Source: an uncultured Ohtaekwangia sp. (GTDB taxonomy: Bacteria; Bacteroidota; Bacteroidia; Cytophagales; Cyclobacteriaceae). From it: 64,000 nt of DNA. The position numbers and the translations under genes were made by a program. Below are positions 1 through 8,770 of the stretch, piece after piece. How positions within the stretch are numbered: the stretch's first letter is position 1; the number at the start of each line of letters is the position of its first letter. The stretch covers positions 144,946 through 208,945 of the forward strand of contig CAYPDF010000004.1 of the NCBI GenBank assembly GCA_964409415.1, given 5' to 3'. The notes beneath the pieces were generated by a model. That model was not told where the DNA came from, made no database searches, and was given only the letters and a program-made list of their open reading frames with translations.

Positions 1-1
1 G

Positions 2-97
2 GTAAAAGGGTATGGCATCATTCTTATTGTGTCTGCTGTGTTTGCCTTGATAACAGGCCTGATTGTTAGAAAGTCAGAGCCTGTGTTTGACAAATAG
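2..97 (+). CDS. C-terminal fragment of a membrane protein (possibly DUF4199 family), truncated by the window edge
   Basis: Frame 2 reads VKGYGIILIVSAVFALITGLIVRKSEPVFDK-TAG: a hydrophobic helix plus short tail, directly upstream of a GT2 gene. Confidence 0.55.
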   Translation, partial: VKGYGIILIVSAVFALITGLIVRKSEPVFDK

Positions 98-131
98 ATA
101 ACCAAATCAAGCTGGTCTTTGTGATACAATT

Positions 132-1154
132 TTGGAAAAAGTGAAAAAAGTGGATATAAGTATTATCATTCCAGCAAAAGACGAAGAAGAATCCATTCCC
201 GAATTGTGCCAATGGATTATTCGTGTGATGGATGATGCAGGGCTATCTTTTGAGGTATTGTTCATTGATGATGGCAGTTCGGACAATACCTGGACCGAAA
301 TTCTTAAAGCTAATCTGATGAACCCTGCCTTTAAAGGCATCAAGTTCAATCGAAACTTTGGTAAATCTGCAGCGCTTCACACAGGCTTCAAAGCTGCAAT
401 GGGTAATGTAGTTGTAACCATGGACGCTGACCTTCAGGATAGCCCTGACGAGATACCGGAGTTGTATAAAATGATAACTGAAGGTGGCTATGATCTGGTT
501 TCCGGGTGGAAGAAGAAACGACATGATCCTATTTCTAAAACAATTCCATCCAAGTTCTTCAACTATGTGACCCGTGTAATGTCGGGCATTAAGCTTCACG
601 ATTTTAATTGTGGACTAAAAGCATACAAATCTGTGGTGATAAAAAACATTAGTGTGTATGGCGAAATGCATCGCTATATCCCCGTTATTGCCAAATGGGC
701 AGGGTTCAATAAAATAGGAGAGAAGGTAGTAGAGCATCGGGAGCGTAAATACGGAGTGACAAAGTTTGGATGGGAGCGCTTTGTAAAAGGTTTTCTCGAT
801 TTATTGTCCATCATGTTTGTAGGGAAATTCAGGAGGAACCCAATGCACTTTTTTGGTAGCTTGGGTATCATTTCATTCTTATTTGGGTTTGTGTTCACTG
901 CCAAAATATTTTATGATAAAATGGACTCATTATTTATCTCTAAAATCCCGCTGAAGAGAGAGATCACAGACCAGCCTATTTTTTACCTGGCACTCGCTGC
1001 GGTTGTTATCGGTGTACAACTTTTTCTCACAGGCTATTTGGCTGAAATGGTAGCCATGCAGTCGCTTTCAAAGCGGGATTATCTTGTTATTGAGAAAGTG
1101 GGACTTAAGGAGCTCGTTCACCTGGAGCAAAACCCACTCATGGTCACCTCGTAA
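132..1154 (+). CDS. Glycosyltransferase family 2 (DPM1/ArnC-like polyprenol-phosphate glycosyltransferase)
   Basis: SIIIPAKDEE, FIDDGSSD, RNFGKSAAL, MDADLQD and HDFNCGLK motifs; two C-terminal TM helices. Confidence 0.92.
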   Translation: MEKVKKVDISIIIPAKDEEESIPELCQWIIRVMDDAGLSFEVLFIDDGSSDNTWTEILKANLMNPAFKGIKFNRNFGKSAALHTGFKAAMGNVVVTMDADLQDSPDEIPELYKMITEGGYDLVSGWKKKRHDPISKTIPSKFFNYVTRVMSGIKLHDFNCGLKAYKSVVIKNISVYGEMHRYIPVIAKWAGFNKIGEKVVEHRERKYGVTKFGWERFVKGFLDLLSIMFVGKFRRNPMHFFGSLGIISFLFGFVFTAKIFYDKMDSLFISKIPLKREITDQPIFYLALAAVVIGVQLFLTGYLAEMVAMQSLSKRDYLVIEKVGLKELVHLEQNPLMVTS

Positions 1155-1234
1155 CTTATCCTCTCTAAACTAATTAGAATTTATTGAAACAATTTGTCGC
1201 TTATGCGGTTAATGTGGAGTGTCAACATGTTTTT

Positions 1235-3616
1235 ATGAAACAACGTATTTTTCTTCTCACACTTTTCTTTTTCATTGCTTCTGGTGTGCAAGCTCAGAAT
1301 AAACTTACAATTAATGGCTATGTAAAAGATGCCTCCAATGGCGAGGCATTAATCGGGGCAACGGTCTATGTGAAGGAAATCAGCAATGGAGTTATTACTA
1401 ACGTATACGGATTCTACTCCATAACCCTCAATCCCGGGGATTATACAGTAAATTATAGTTACATAGGGTACAAAACCATATCCCAAAATGTATCATTGAC
1501 TAAAAACCAGGAGATCAACATTGATCTTGCGATTGAAAGTGAGCAGTTGGATGAAGTAGTTGTAACCGCGGAACGCGAGCAAGCCAATGCTGAAAACATG
1601 GAAATGAGTACCAATAAACTCGACATTCGCACCATATTAAAGATACCCACCTTTATGGGCGAAGCAGATGTATTCAGAAGTATATTGTTGCTGCCTGGCG
1701 TGAGTACGGTGGGTGAGGGCGCATCTGGGTTTAATGTACGTGGAGGCAGTGTAGGACAAAATCTTGTGCTGTTGGATGAAGCACCGGTTTACAATTCATC
1801 CCATCTGTTTGGGTTCTTTTCTGTCTTTAACCCCGATGCGGTAAAAGATACCAAACTATACAAAGGAGCAATACCCTCGCGGTATGGTGGCCGACTCGCC
1901 TCTCTGCTGGATGTGCGAATGAAGGAGGGAAATAGTAAGGAGTTTGAAGCCAATGGAGGTATCGGCTCGCTGTTTAGCCGATTGGCAATAGAAGCACCAA
2001 TTATCAAAGACAAATCTTCATTTATTGTAGCAGCAAGGCGATCGTATATTGATATCCTTGCCCGACCATTTGTGCCATTACTACAAGATGGCGGAGCGCT
2101 TAATTTTTATGACCTAACGCTTAAGACAAACTATACCTTTAATAGAAAGAATAAACTGTACGCATCAGGCTATTTTGGTCGTGATGTATTTCTTTTTGAT
2201 GCCAATCAGGGATTTAGTTGGGGAAATACCACTGGCACCTTAAGATGGAACCACTTATTTAATGAGAGGCTTTTCTCAAATCTGACATTTGTGTATAGCA
2301 ATTATGACTATAAACTTCAGTTTGGTGATAACGATCGTGATAGTTTTAAGTGGGACTCCTCCATTTCCAATTTTATTCTAAAACCTCAGTTCACCTATTT
2401 TATCAATAGCAACAATGAGCTGGACTTTGGTGGAGAGGCCATCTACTATACTTTTGAGCCAGCCAATGCAGTAGGTATATCCAATGGTGACGCCATTGAC
2501 GTAAGTCTGAATAAAAAGTATAATCTTGAAACTGCGCTTTATGTAGGGAATAGGCAAACCATCAACGATGTGCTTTCTATTGAATACGGTTTGAGGTTCT
2601 CCCATTTTCAATCTTTTGGACCTGGTAAAACCTATCAGTACAATGATACCATTCCTGGCTTACGAAAAACTCCAATTGGGTTTGAGGAATTCAAAAAGGG
2701 TGAATCCATTGTTGATTACAACAATTGGGAGCCCCGAGCTTCATTTAGAATCCAATCAAGCCCTACCAGTTCGGTAAAAGGAAGTTATAATCGAATGGCA
2801 CAATACCTACATTTAATTTCCAATACCACGGCATCCAATCCGCTTGATGTATGGGCACCCAGCTCAAAAGTGATAAAGCCGGAAATTGGTCAGCAGTTTA
2901 CATTGGGTTATTTCAAGGATTTGGGTGTAGATCGAAGTTATGAAGTTTCTGTGGAGGGATATTATAGAGCAACAGAAAATCAAATCGATTACATAGATGG
3001 GGCAGATTTGTTAATTAATGAATTTTTGGAGGGCGAATTGTTGAGTGGAGTGGGTCGTGCCTATGGCATTGAAACCTACTTCCAAAAAAAGAAAGGACGA
3101 TTGAGTGGATGGGTAAGTTATACTTTGGGCAGAACGGAATTGAAAGTGAGTGGTATCAATAAGGATAGTTGGTATCCCACCCGGTATGATCAATTGCATA
3201 ATTTGAAAATAGCTGCATTTTATGATATCAATGATAGATGGTCAGTGTCTTCAGATTTTGTGTTTTTAAGTGGCACACCAACCACATTCCCTACTTCAAG
3301 GTTTGTGATACAGGATATTCTTATTCCTTATAATTCAAATGGATCCAGAAGTAATGTACGGCTTCCTGCCTATCATCGACTGGATATTTCCTTTCGCCTT
3401 GAAGGTAAAAAGATAAGAAAGGGGAAAGAAAGAAAAAATACAGATTATTGGGTGTTTTCACTTTATAACGTGTATGGAAGGAAAAATCCATTCTCTATAT
3501 ACTTTTCTCAACGTGATGAGCGTGCCGCTCAAGGCACACCTATTAACTCACAGGCTGTTCAATTGTCCATTATAGGGACAGTTGTGCCTTCGGTTTCATA
3601 TAACTTCAGATTTTAA
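1235..3616 (+). CDS. TonB-dependent receptor with N-terminal carboxypeptidase-regulatory-like domain
   Basis: Signal peptide from ATG 1235 (MKQRIFLL); GEALIGATV, LDEVVVTA; plug motif FNVRGG..QNLVLLD; C-terminal YNFRF. The ORF track start at 1184 is probably too early. Confidence 0.9.
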   Translation: MKQRIFLLTLFFFIASGVQAQNKLTINGYVKDASNGEALIGATVYVKEISNGVITNVYGFYSITLNPGDYTVNYSYIGYKTISQNVSLTKNQEINIDLAIESEQLDEVVVTAEREQANAENMEMSTNKLDIRTILKIPTFMGEADVFRSILLLPGVSTVGEGASGFNVRGGSVGQNLVLLDEAPVYNSSHLFGFFSVFNPDAVKDTKLYKGAIPSRYGGRLASLLDVRMKEGNSKEFEANGGIGSLFSRLAIEAPIIKDKSSFIVAARRSYIDILARPFVPLLQDGGALNFYDLTLKTNYTFNRKNKLYASGYFGRDVFLFDANQGFSWGNTTGTLRWNHLFNERLFSNLTFVYSNYDYKLQFGDNDRDSFKWDSSISNFILKPQFTYFINSNNELDFGGEAIYYTFEPANAVGISNGDAIDVSLNKKYNLETALYVGNRQTINDVLSIEYGLRFSHFQSFGPGKTYQYNDTIPGLRKTPIGFEEFKKGESIVDYNNWEPRASFRIQSSPTSSVKGSYNRMAQYLHLISNTTASNPLDVWAPSSKVIKPEIGQQFTLGYFKDLGVDRSYEVSVEGYYRATENQIDYIDGADLLINEFLEGELLSGVGRAYGIETYFQKKKGRLSGWVSYTLGRTELKVSGINKDSWYPTRYDQLHNLKIAAFYDINDRWSVSSDFVFLSGTPTTFPTSRFVIQDILIPYNSNGSRSNVRLPAYHRLDISFRLEGKKIRKGKERKNTDYWVFSLYNVYGRKNPFSIYFSQRDERAAQGTPINSQAVQLSIIGTVVPSVSYNFRF

Positions 3617-3621
3617 TAAGC

Positions 3622-4551
3622 ATGCAACAGCAACTTCATTCATTTTTTGGAATAGCCTTTTTCGCGGGCGCAATAAGTATGGTATTTACTTCCTGTGAAG
3701 ACGAGATATCACCGAAACTCGAGAAAGCGAATCCTATTTTGGTCATTGATGCCTGGCTTACTGATCAACCCGGCAATCAGGTGATCATTATCTCTGAAAC
3801 TCAACCTTATTTTGATAATACATTGCCTCCAGGTGTGTCAGGGGCCGATGTTTCTGTGACAGACGATGGGGGAAATATATTTTCATTTCAGGAAGATTCG
3901 GCAGTAAAAGGTAAGTATGTGTGGACGCCCCAACCAAGCGAAATATTTGGTGAGACGGGGCGAGCCTATACCCTTAAGGTTGATTATAATGGGGAGTCTT
4001 TTGTTTCTTCTTCCAGAATAGGGAGAGTACCGGTGATAGACAGTTTAACTTTTACTTTTGAGAAGAAAAATTCTTTTCGGCCGGACTCATATCTTGCGGA
4101 TTTTTGGGCCACAGATTTACAAGGGCCTAATGACACGTATAGAATAAAAACCTGGAAGAATGGTGTTTTGCTCAATAAGCCAAGTGAATTGAACCTGGCT
4201 TATGATGCAGGCTTTTCAGCAGGTGGCAATTTTGATGGAGTAACTTTCATTACACCCATTAGACAAGCTATCAACCCATTTGAAGAGGATGGGACCAACG
4301 GATTTCTTTCTCCATACGCTCCGGGAGATTCTATTTATGTGGAAATACACTCCATTAGCTTGGAGGCATTTAACTTTTTAAGTGAAGTTGCTATTCAGAC
4401 AGACAGACCGGGTGGCTTTTCGGAATTATTTGCAACACCATTATCCAATGTTACTACAAATATTTCAAATGAGGATCCAAATGGGGAACCCGTACTTGGC
4501 TTCTTTAATGTAGCCGCTGTATCGGGATTGGGCAAAAGGTTTAAGGAATAG
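3622..4551 (+). CDS. DUF4249-type lipoprotein, partner of the TonB-dependent receptor
   Basis: Lipobox FTSC followed by EDEI; LVIDAWLT; C-terminal VLGFFNVAAV; 5 bp downstream of the receptor. Confidence 0.8.
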   Translation: MQQQLHSFFGIAFFAGAISMVFTSCEDEISPKLEKANPILVIDAWLTDQPGNQVIIISETQPYFDNTLPPGVSGADVSVTDDGGNIFSFQEDSAVKGKYVWTPQPSEIFGETGRAYTLKVDYNGESFVSSSRIGRVPVIDSLTFTFEKKNSFRPDSYLADFWATDLQGPNDTYRIKTWKNGVLLNKPSELNLAYDAGFSAGGNFDGVTFITPIRQAINPFEEDGTNGFLSPYAPGDSIYVEIHSISLEAFNFLSEVAIQTDRPGGFSELFATPLSNVTTNISNEDPNGEPVLGFFNVAAVSGLGKRFKE

Positions 4552-4588
4552 TACCGAGGTAGTTTTCCCAGATGAACTAAATAACACC

Positions 4589-4596
4589 TATCTTTG
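4589..4596 (+). promoter_or_regulatory. Bacteroidota -7 promoter box for ssrA
   Basis: TATCTTTG matches TAnnTTTG, ~70 nt upstream of the tmRNA 5' end. Confidence 0.6.
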
Positions 4597-4666
4597 TATT
4601 TGAATTACGTTCATTGATATTGGTTGTACTTAATATCCAATACAAAACCATACTCATCAATAATAT

Positions 4667-5059
4667 GGGGCCGACCGGTTTTGACAGGATGTGTGAGTGC
4701 GTATGCCAGCATGCAGGCTCATGGGATGAGAGCCTTAAAAGATAGTTCTAAAACCATACTTGGCGAGTCTAACTACGCCTTGGCTGCTTAATCTGACGAT
4801 ACGTTAGATGAGTTTGTCTCCGATAAGATCGGAGAGGCCAACATCGCTCACTGCCTTTGTTCTGCAGGAGGTGAATATGCGGTGTCGTTTGTCGGAACTG
4901 CTCTGTGTGAGGTTACTAATCACGGCTAAGACATAGTGACTACGGAGAAGTTGAGGTTGTTGACTGCCTTGCTCCTCCCGACAATCAAAGTTAACTAAGC
5001 ATGTAGAATCTACGCGTTTATCTTCTCTGGACCAGAGTTCGATTCTCTGCGGCTCCACC
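4667..5059 (+). ncRNA. ssrA: tmRNA; tag peptide (A)GESNYALAA* encoded at 4762-4791
   Basis: 5' GGGGCCGACCGGTTTTGACAG; 3' T-arm CAGAG-TTCGATT-CTCTG and acceptor CGGCTCCACC; internal reading frame ending YALAA-TAA. Confidence 0.96.
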
Positions 5060-5061
5060 TT

Positions 5062-5118
5062 CCTGCCTGCGGCAGGCAGACGCTCGCCATAGTACCGCCT
5101 CGGAACGAAGTCGAGCTG
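5062..5118. repeat. Short GC-rich palindromic (REP-like) element after tmRNA
   Basis: CTGCCTGC-G-GCAGGCAG hairpin plus CTCG-GAACGAAGT-CGAG; a related CTGCCT...AGGCAG occurs at ~40142-40163. Confidence 0.5.
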
Positions 5119-5126
5119 TTCTTCAA

Positions 5127-5164
5127 ACAAAAAAAGGGTTAGCAAATTGCTAACCCTTTTTGTT
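5127..5164. terminator. Bidirectional intrinsic terminator between ssrA and the H1-like gene
   Basis: AAAAAAAGGGTTAGCAA-A-TTGCTAACCCTTTTT: perfect hairpin with A and T tracts on both sides. Confidence 0.85.
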
Positions 5165-5179
5165 AGATAAAGATAAACT

Positions 5180-5326
5180 TTATCTCTTTCTCTTAGCAGC
5201 CTTTTTCTTGGTTGCTTTTTTCTTGGTTGCTTTCTTTTTAGCAGCCTTTTTCTTAGTTGCTTTCTTTTTAGCAGGTTTTCTCTTGGTTGCTTTTTTCTTA
5301 GCAGCCTTCTTAGCTTTCTTTGCCAT
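5180..5326 (-). CDS. Small histone H1-like Lys/Ala-rich basic protein (48 aa), absent from the ORF track
   Basis: Translates to MAKKAKKAAKKKATKRKPAKKKATKKKAAKKKATKKKATKKKAAKRKR*; AT-rich leader upstream, terminator downstream. Confidence 0.85.
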   Translation of the reverse strand: MAKKAKKAAKKKATKRKPAKKKATKKKAAKKKATKKKATKKKAAKRKR

Positions 5327-5949
5327 AGCTTTTTGTGTTTTTAATTAAACATATTTAACAAATACGCTATGAAATAAGCAACTAAATAGTTAAAAACCAA
5401 AAAAAAATCAATTTTGTTTTCTCTCGCAACATTTCATCACAACAAAAATGTTCGAAAAGAAAGTTTGCAACATCTCAAAAAACATTTTTATCAATAAAAA
5501 TTCTAAGATGAATGTTGTGTTTAATGTGTTGAAGTCAATTTTACTTCAAGTAGAACTATAAGTAAATGAATTGTTGTATTCGAAAATTGAATCCTGCCGT
5601 AAAACAGCCATACGAAACCAAAAACAAACTTTTTTGTGTTTTTTATTGCATAGAAAAAACCGCTGTTGTATAAAATATTAATGTTTATGCTACGCATTCA
5701 ATAGAAGGGAAGATCAAGCGGAATATTTTCATTTCACAAAATGAGATCAATGTATTTTTAATATGTAACGGAGAACAGCCCTGTAAAGGGACCTAAAAAA
5801 AATTTTGTTATGCGAGCTTAAAAATCAGGTCATTTGTCCGAAAATTCATTTTTTTCGATTGAACCTCATTGAAATGAATGTAAGAGGCTGCCAGTTGCGA
5901 GATAGTTAAATATCATAATTTCAGAGATTTTTGAATTGAAATAAAGACG

Positions 5950-5957
5950 TAAATTTG
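5950..5957 (+). promoter_or_regulatory. Bacteroidota -7 promoter box for tRNA-Arg
   Basis: TAAATTTG, 18 nt before the tRNA. Confidence 0.65.
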
Positions 5958-5975
5958 CGATTATCAATTGAACAT

Positions 5976-6047
5976 GGCCCCGTATTTCAATGGATAGAAT
6001 TTCAGATTCCGATTCTGAAGATGCAGGTTCGATTCCTGCCGGGGTCA
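5976..6047 (+). tRNA. tRNA-Arg (anticodon CCG)
   Basis: Acceptor GGCCCCG/CGGGGTC-A; anticodon arm TCAGA-TTCCGAT-TCTGA; T arm GCAGG-TTCGATT-CCTGC; CCA not encoded. Confidence 0.95.
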
Positions 6048-6185
6048 CTACTTTGATTGTGGAGGTAGATTTCACACAATTAGTCACTCTTCATCAGCTT
6101 CTTTTTTGAACTTACCAAATAGCTATTAGGTTTGGTGCAACCCCCATGTGATCGTACTTTTATCGAATTACATCTTACTAATATC

Positions 6186-7607
6186 ATGACATCAACCGAA
6201 TTTAGAAAGGCCGCACATGAACTGGTAGACTGGATGGCCAACTATATGGATAACGTAGGAGATTATCCCGTAAAGCCAAATATAAGGCCTGGAGATATAA
6301 AAGTTCAACTCCCTACCTCCGCGCCTGAGCATGGCGAAGAGTTTCAATCCATTTTTTCTGATTTTAATAAAATCATTTTACCGGGGATGACCCATTGGCA
6401 GCATCCGCAGTTCTTTGCTTACTTTCCATCAGGCACAAGCGGCCCATCTGTTTTGGCAGAAATGTTGGCTGCAAACATGGGAGCGCAATGTATGATTTGG
6501 CTTACCTCCCCGGCAGCTGAAGAACTGGAGGAGCGCATGATGGAATGGCTCAGAGATATGCTAGGACTTCCTTCCAATCTAACTGGTGTTATTCAGGATA
6601 GCAGTTCATCATCAACATTGGTAGCCTTGCTTACGGCACGCGAATCCAACTCAGCCTATGCCATCAACCAAAGAGGATTTGAAGGAAATGAAAAATTCAG
6701 AATCTACACTTCAGTTCAGGCGCATTCCTCTGTAGACAAGGGGGTAAAGATTGCGGGGTTTGGCATTGACAATCTGGTGAAAGTAAGCGTGGATGAAAAC
6801 TTTGAAATGAAACCCGATGCACTGGAAAACGCTATCGAACAGGACATAGCCTTGGGTATGATTCCGCTGTGTGTAGTGTCTACCATTGGTACGACAAGTT
6901 CAACGGCTGTTGACCCCATTAAGGCCATTGGAGAAATTTGTAAGAAATATAAATGTTGGCACCACATTGATGCTTCCTATGCAGGAACGGCCCTGCTGTT
7001 GCCGGAAATGCGATGGATGATTGAAGGTGTTGAGTTAGCAGATAGTTTTGTTTTTAATCCACATAAGTGGATGCTAACCAACTTTGACTGTTCGGCTTAT
7101 TTTGTAAAAGATAAAAAAGCATTGACAGATACGTTCAGTATTTTACCGGAATATCTTAAAACCCCGGAAGACCACCTGGTGAATAATTACCGGGACTGGA
7201 GTATCCCCTTGGGAAGGCGCTTCAGGGCGCTTAAGCTATGGTTTGTCATCAGAAGTTATGGTGTAGAGGGTTTGCGGAAGATAATTTCAGAGCATATTGA
7301 AATTGGCCATTGGCTTAAGGATGAAATTGAACACGAAGAAGATTTTGAATTACTGGCTCCCGTTCCGCTTAATCTGGTGTGTTTCAGATACCGGCCCAAA
7401 GGATTGAAGAATGAATCAAAACTTAATGAAATTAACAAGGAGCTGCTGGAAGGGCTTAACCAAACGGGTGCTATCCTTTTAACCCAAACCAAACTTAACG
7501 AAAAATATACCTTGAGAATGGTGTCGGGCAACAATAATACTTCAAAGGAGGAGGTGAGTAAAGGATGGGAGAGAATAAAAAAACACGCCAGAAAAATAAA
7601 AGTATGA
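6186..7607 (+). CDS. PLP-dependent group II decarboxylase (aromatic-L-amino-acid decarboxylase-like)
   Basis: PGMTHWQHPQFFAYF, AHSSVDK, HIDASYAG, PLP-lysine motif FNPHKW, LGRRFRALKLW; likely start ATG 6186. Confidence 0.9.
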   Translation: MTSTEFRKAAHELVDWMANYMDNVGDYPVKPNIRPGDIKVQLPTSAPEHGEEFQSIFSDFNKIILPGMTHWQHPQFFAYFPSGTSGPSVLAEMLAANMGAQCMIWLTSPAAEELEERMMEWLRDMLGLPSNLTGVIQDSSSSSTLVALLTARESNSAYAINQRGFEGNEKFRIYTSVQAHSSVDKGVKIAGFGIDNLVKVSVDENFEMKPDALENAIEQDIALGMIPLCVVSTIGTTSSTAVDPIKAIGEICKKYKCWHHIDASYAGTALLLPEMRWMIEGVELADSFVFNPHKWMLTNFDCSAYFVKDKKALTDTFSILPEYLKTPEDHLVNNYRDWSIPLGRRFRALKLWFVIRSYGVEGLRKIISEHIEIGHWLKDEIEHEEDFELLAPVPLNLVCFRYRPKGLKNESKLNEINKELLEGLNQTGAILLTQTKLNEKYTLRMVSGNNNTSKEEVSKGWERIKKHARKIKV

Positions 7608-8395
7608 TTTCCGTTGTAGGTATTCCATTCGATGAGTTCTCTTCATTTATGCGTGGTCCAGCTTTGGCGCCTCCAAAAATCAGGGAAGCGTATCATTCCG
7701 ATTCTGCTAATTACTTTACTGAAGATATTATCAATCTTAAAGATCATACTGGATGGAGAGATGAAGGAGACCTTACTCTGCCCGAAGGGATTGAAGCAAT
7801 AAATGTAATTAAGGAATCTATCACTACATTACTTAACAAGTCCGAGAAAGTTTTGTCACTAGGCGGAGATCATTCTGTTACGTATCCAATAGTAAAGGCT
7901 TTTGCGGAGAAATTTGGGAAACTAACCATACTGCATTTGGATGCACATGGGGACTTGTATGATAATTTTGAGGGGAATAAATATTCGCACGCTTGCCCCT
8001 TTGCACGAATCATGGAAGAAGGCTTAGCCAGCAGACTGATTCAGGTGGGAATACGTACGATGAACACGCATCAGGCCGAACAGGTGAAGCGTTTTGGTGT
8101 GGAAGTCATTGAAATGAAAGACTGGAATAGAGATATCCGATTTCAATTTGAGGGCCCTGTTTATATTTCTTTAGATTTGGATGCCGTGGATCCGGCTTTT
8201 GCACCTGGCTTATCCCATTACGAACCGGGGGGCTTTACTTCACGCGAACTTTTATCCATTATTCAGAATATACGGGGAAATGTGGTGGGTGCAGATTTGG
8301 TAGAGTTGAATCCAATTCGGGACCAGTCTGGTATTACTGCAATGCTGGCAGCTAAATTATATAAAGAGTTGCTCCAACTGCTTTTGAAAAACTAA
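7604..8395 (+). CDS. speB: Agmatinase / ureohydrolase family enzyme
   Basis: GGDHS, HLDAHGD, SHACPF, SLDLDAVDPAFAPG, ELNP; ATGA overlap with the upstream stop. Substrate is inferred. Confidence 0.8.
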   Translation: MISVVGIPFDEFSSFMRGPALAPPKIREAYHSDSANYFTEDIINLKDHTGWRDEGDLTLPEGIEAINVIKESITTLLNKSEKVLSLGGDHSVTYPIVKAFAEKFGKLTILHLDAHGDLYDNFEGNKYSHACPFARIMEEGLASRLIQVGIRTMNTHQAEQVKRFGVEVIEMKDWNRDIRFQFEGPVYISLDLDAVDPAFAPGLSHYEPGGFTSRELLSIIQNIRGNVVGADLVELNPIRDQSGITAMLAAKLYKELLQLLLKN

Positions 8396-8406
8396 TTTAG
8401 GCTGTT

Positions 8407-8536
8407 ATGTCCAAAGACCTTTTTTTCAACATGGTCTGCAGTTCAGAACTTCATTAAAAAACATGGCTATAACCCAGTTGACGAATTAATTGAGGAGATT
8501 AAACCACTTTGGCGAAAAGAAAGGGAATCAGTTTAT
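8407..8536 (+). pseudogene. Internally deleted relic of a class I SAM-dependent methyltransferase
   Basis: ATG 8407 MSKDLF joined at a T7 run (frame change) to STWSAVQNFIKKHGYNPVDELIEEIKPLW; these resemble the extreme N- and C-terminal segments of a Bacteroidota methyltransferase family. Confidence 0.55.
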
Positions 8537-8721
8537 CCCAAAATTGTCATTAGTAATGACAATTTTGCCCTCCGGGTGACGATTCCTGACGATTTTCGTC
8601 AGGAATATCAGGATTAACCCTGATATTGAAAATGAAACCAAAGCTTACTTTAATAAAATATCTCTATGTGTTTCATTTTCAATCATCAGCACGTAGTGCA
8701 AAAAAGTCTAATGACTTTTTT
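8535..8721 (+). repeat. Structured non-coding element, copy A (candidate ncRNA or non-autonomous mobile element)
   Basis: Aligns end to end with the reverse complement of 20883-21105; multiple hairpins. Confidence 0.8.
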
Positions 8722-8770
8722 GGGTTTATTTTCCAGTATTTTTAAGACTTGGTCGCGTAAATAAAAGGCA

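Noticed and set aside
4804..5145. 113-aa minus-strand ORF
   Set aside because: Overlaps tmRNA in antisense; no protein features
5160..5348. 62-aa plus-strand ORF with FFLVA/FFLAA repeats
   Set aside because: Antisense shadow of the Lys/Ala-rich minus-strand gene
5030..6050. ssrA or tRNA-Arg as an island integration site
   Set aside because: No integrase nearby, and no duplicated 3' end (att) noticed in the window
5866..6087. 73-aa minus-strand ORF
   Set aside because: Antisense to tRNA-Arg
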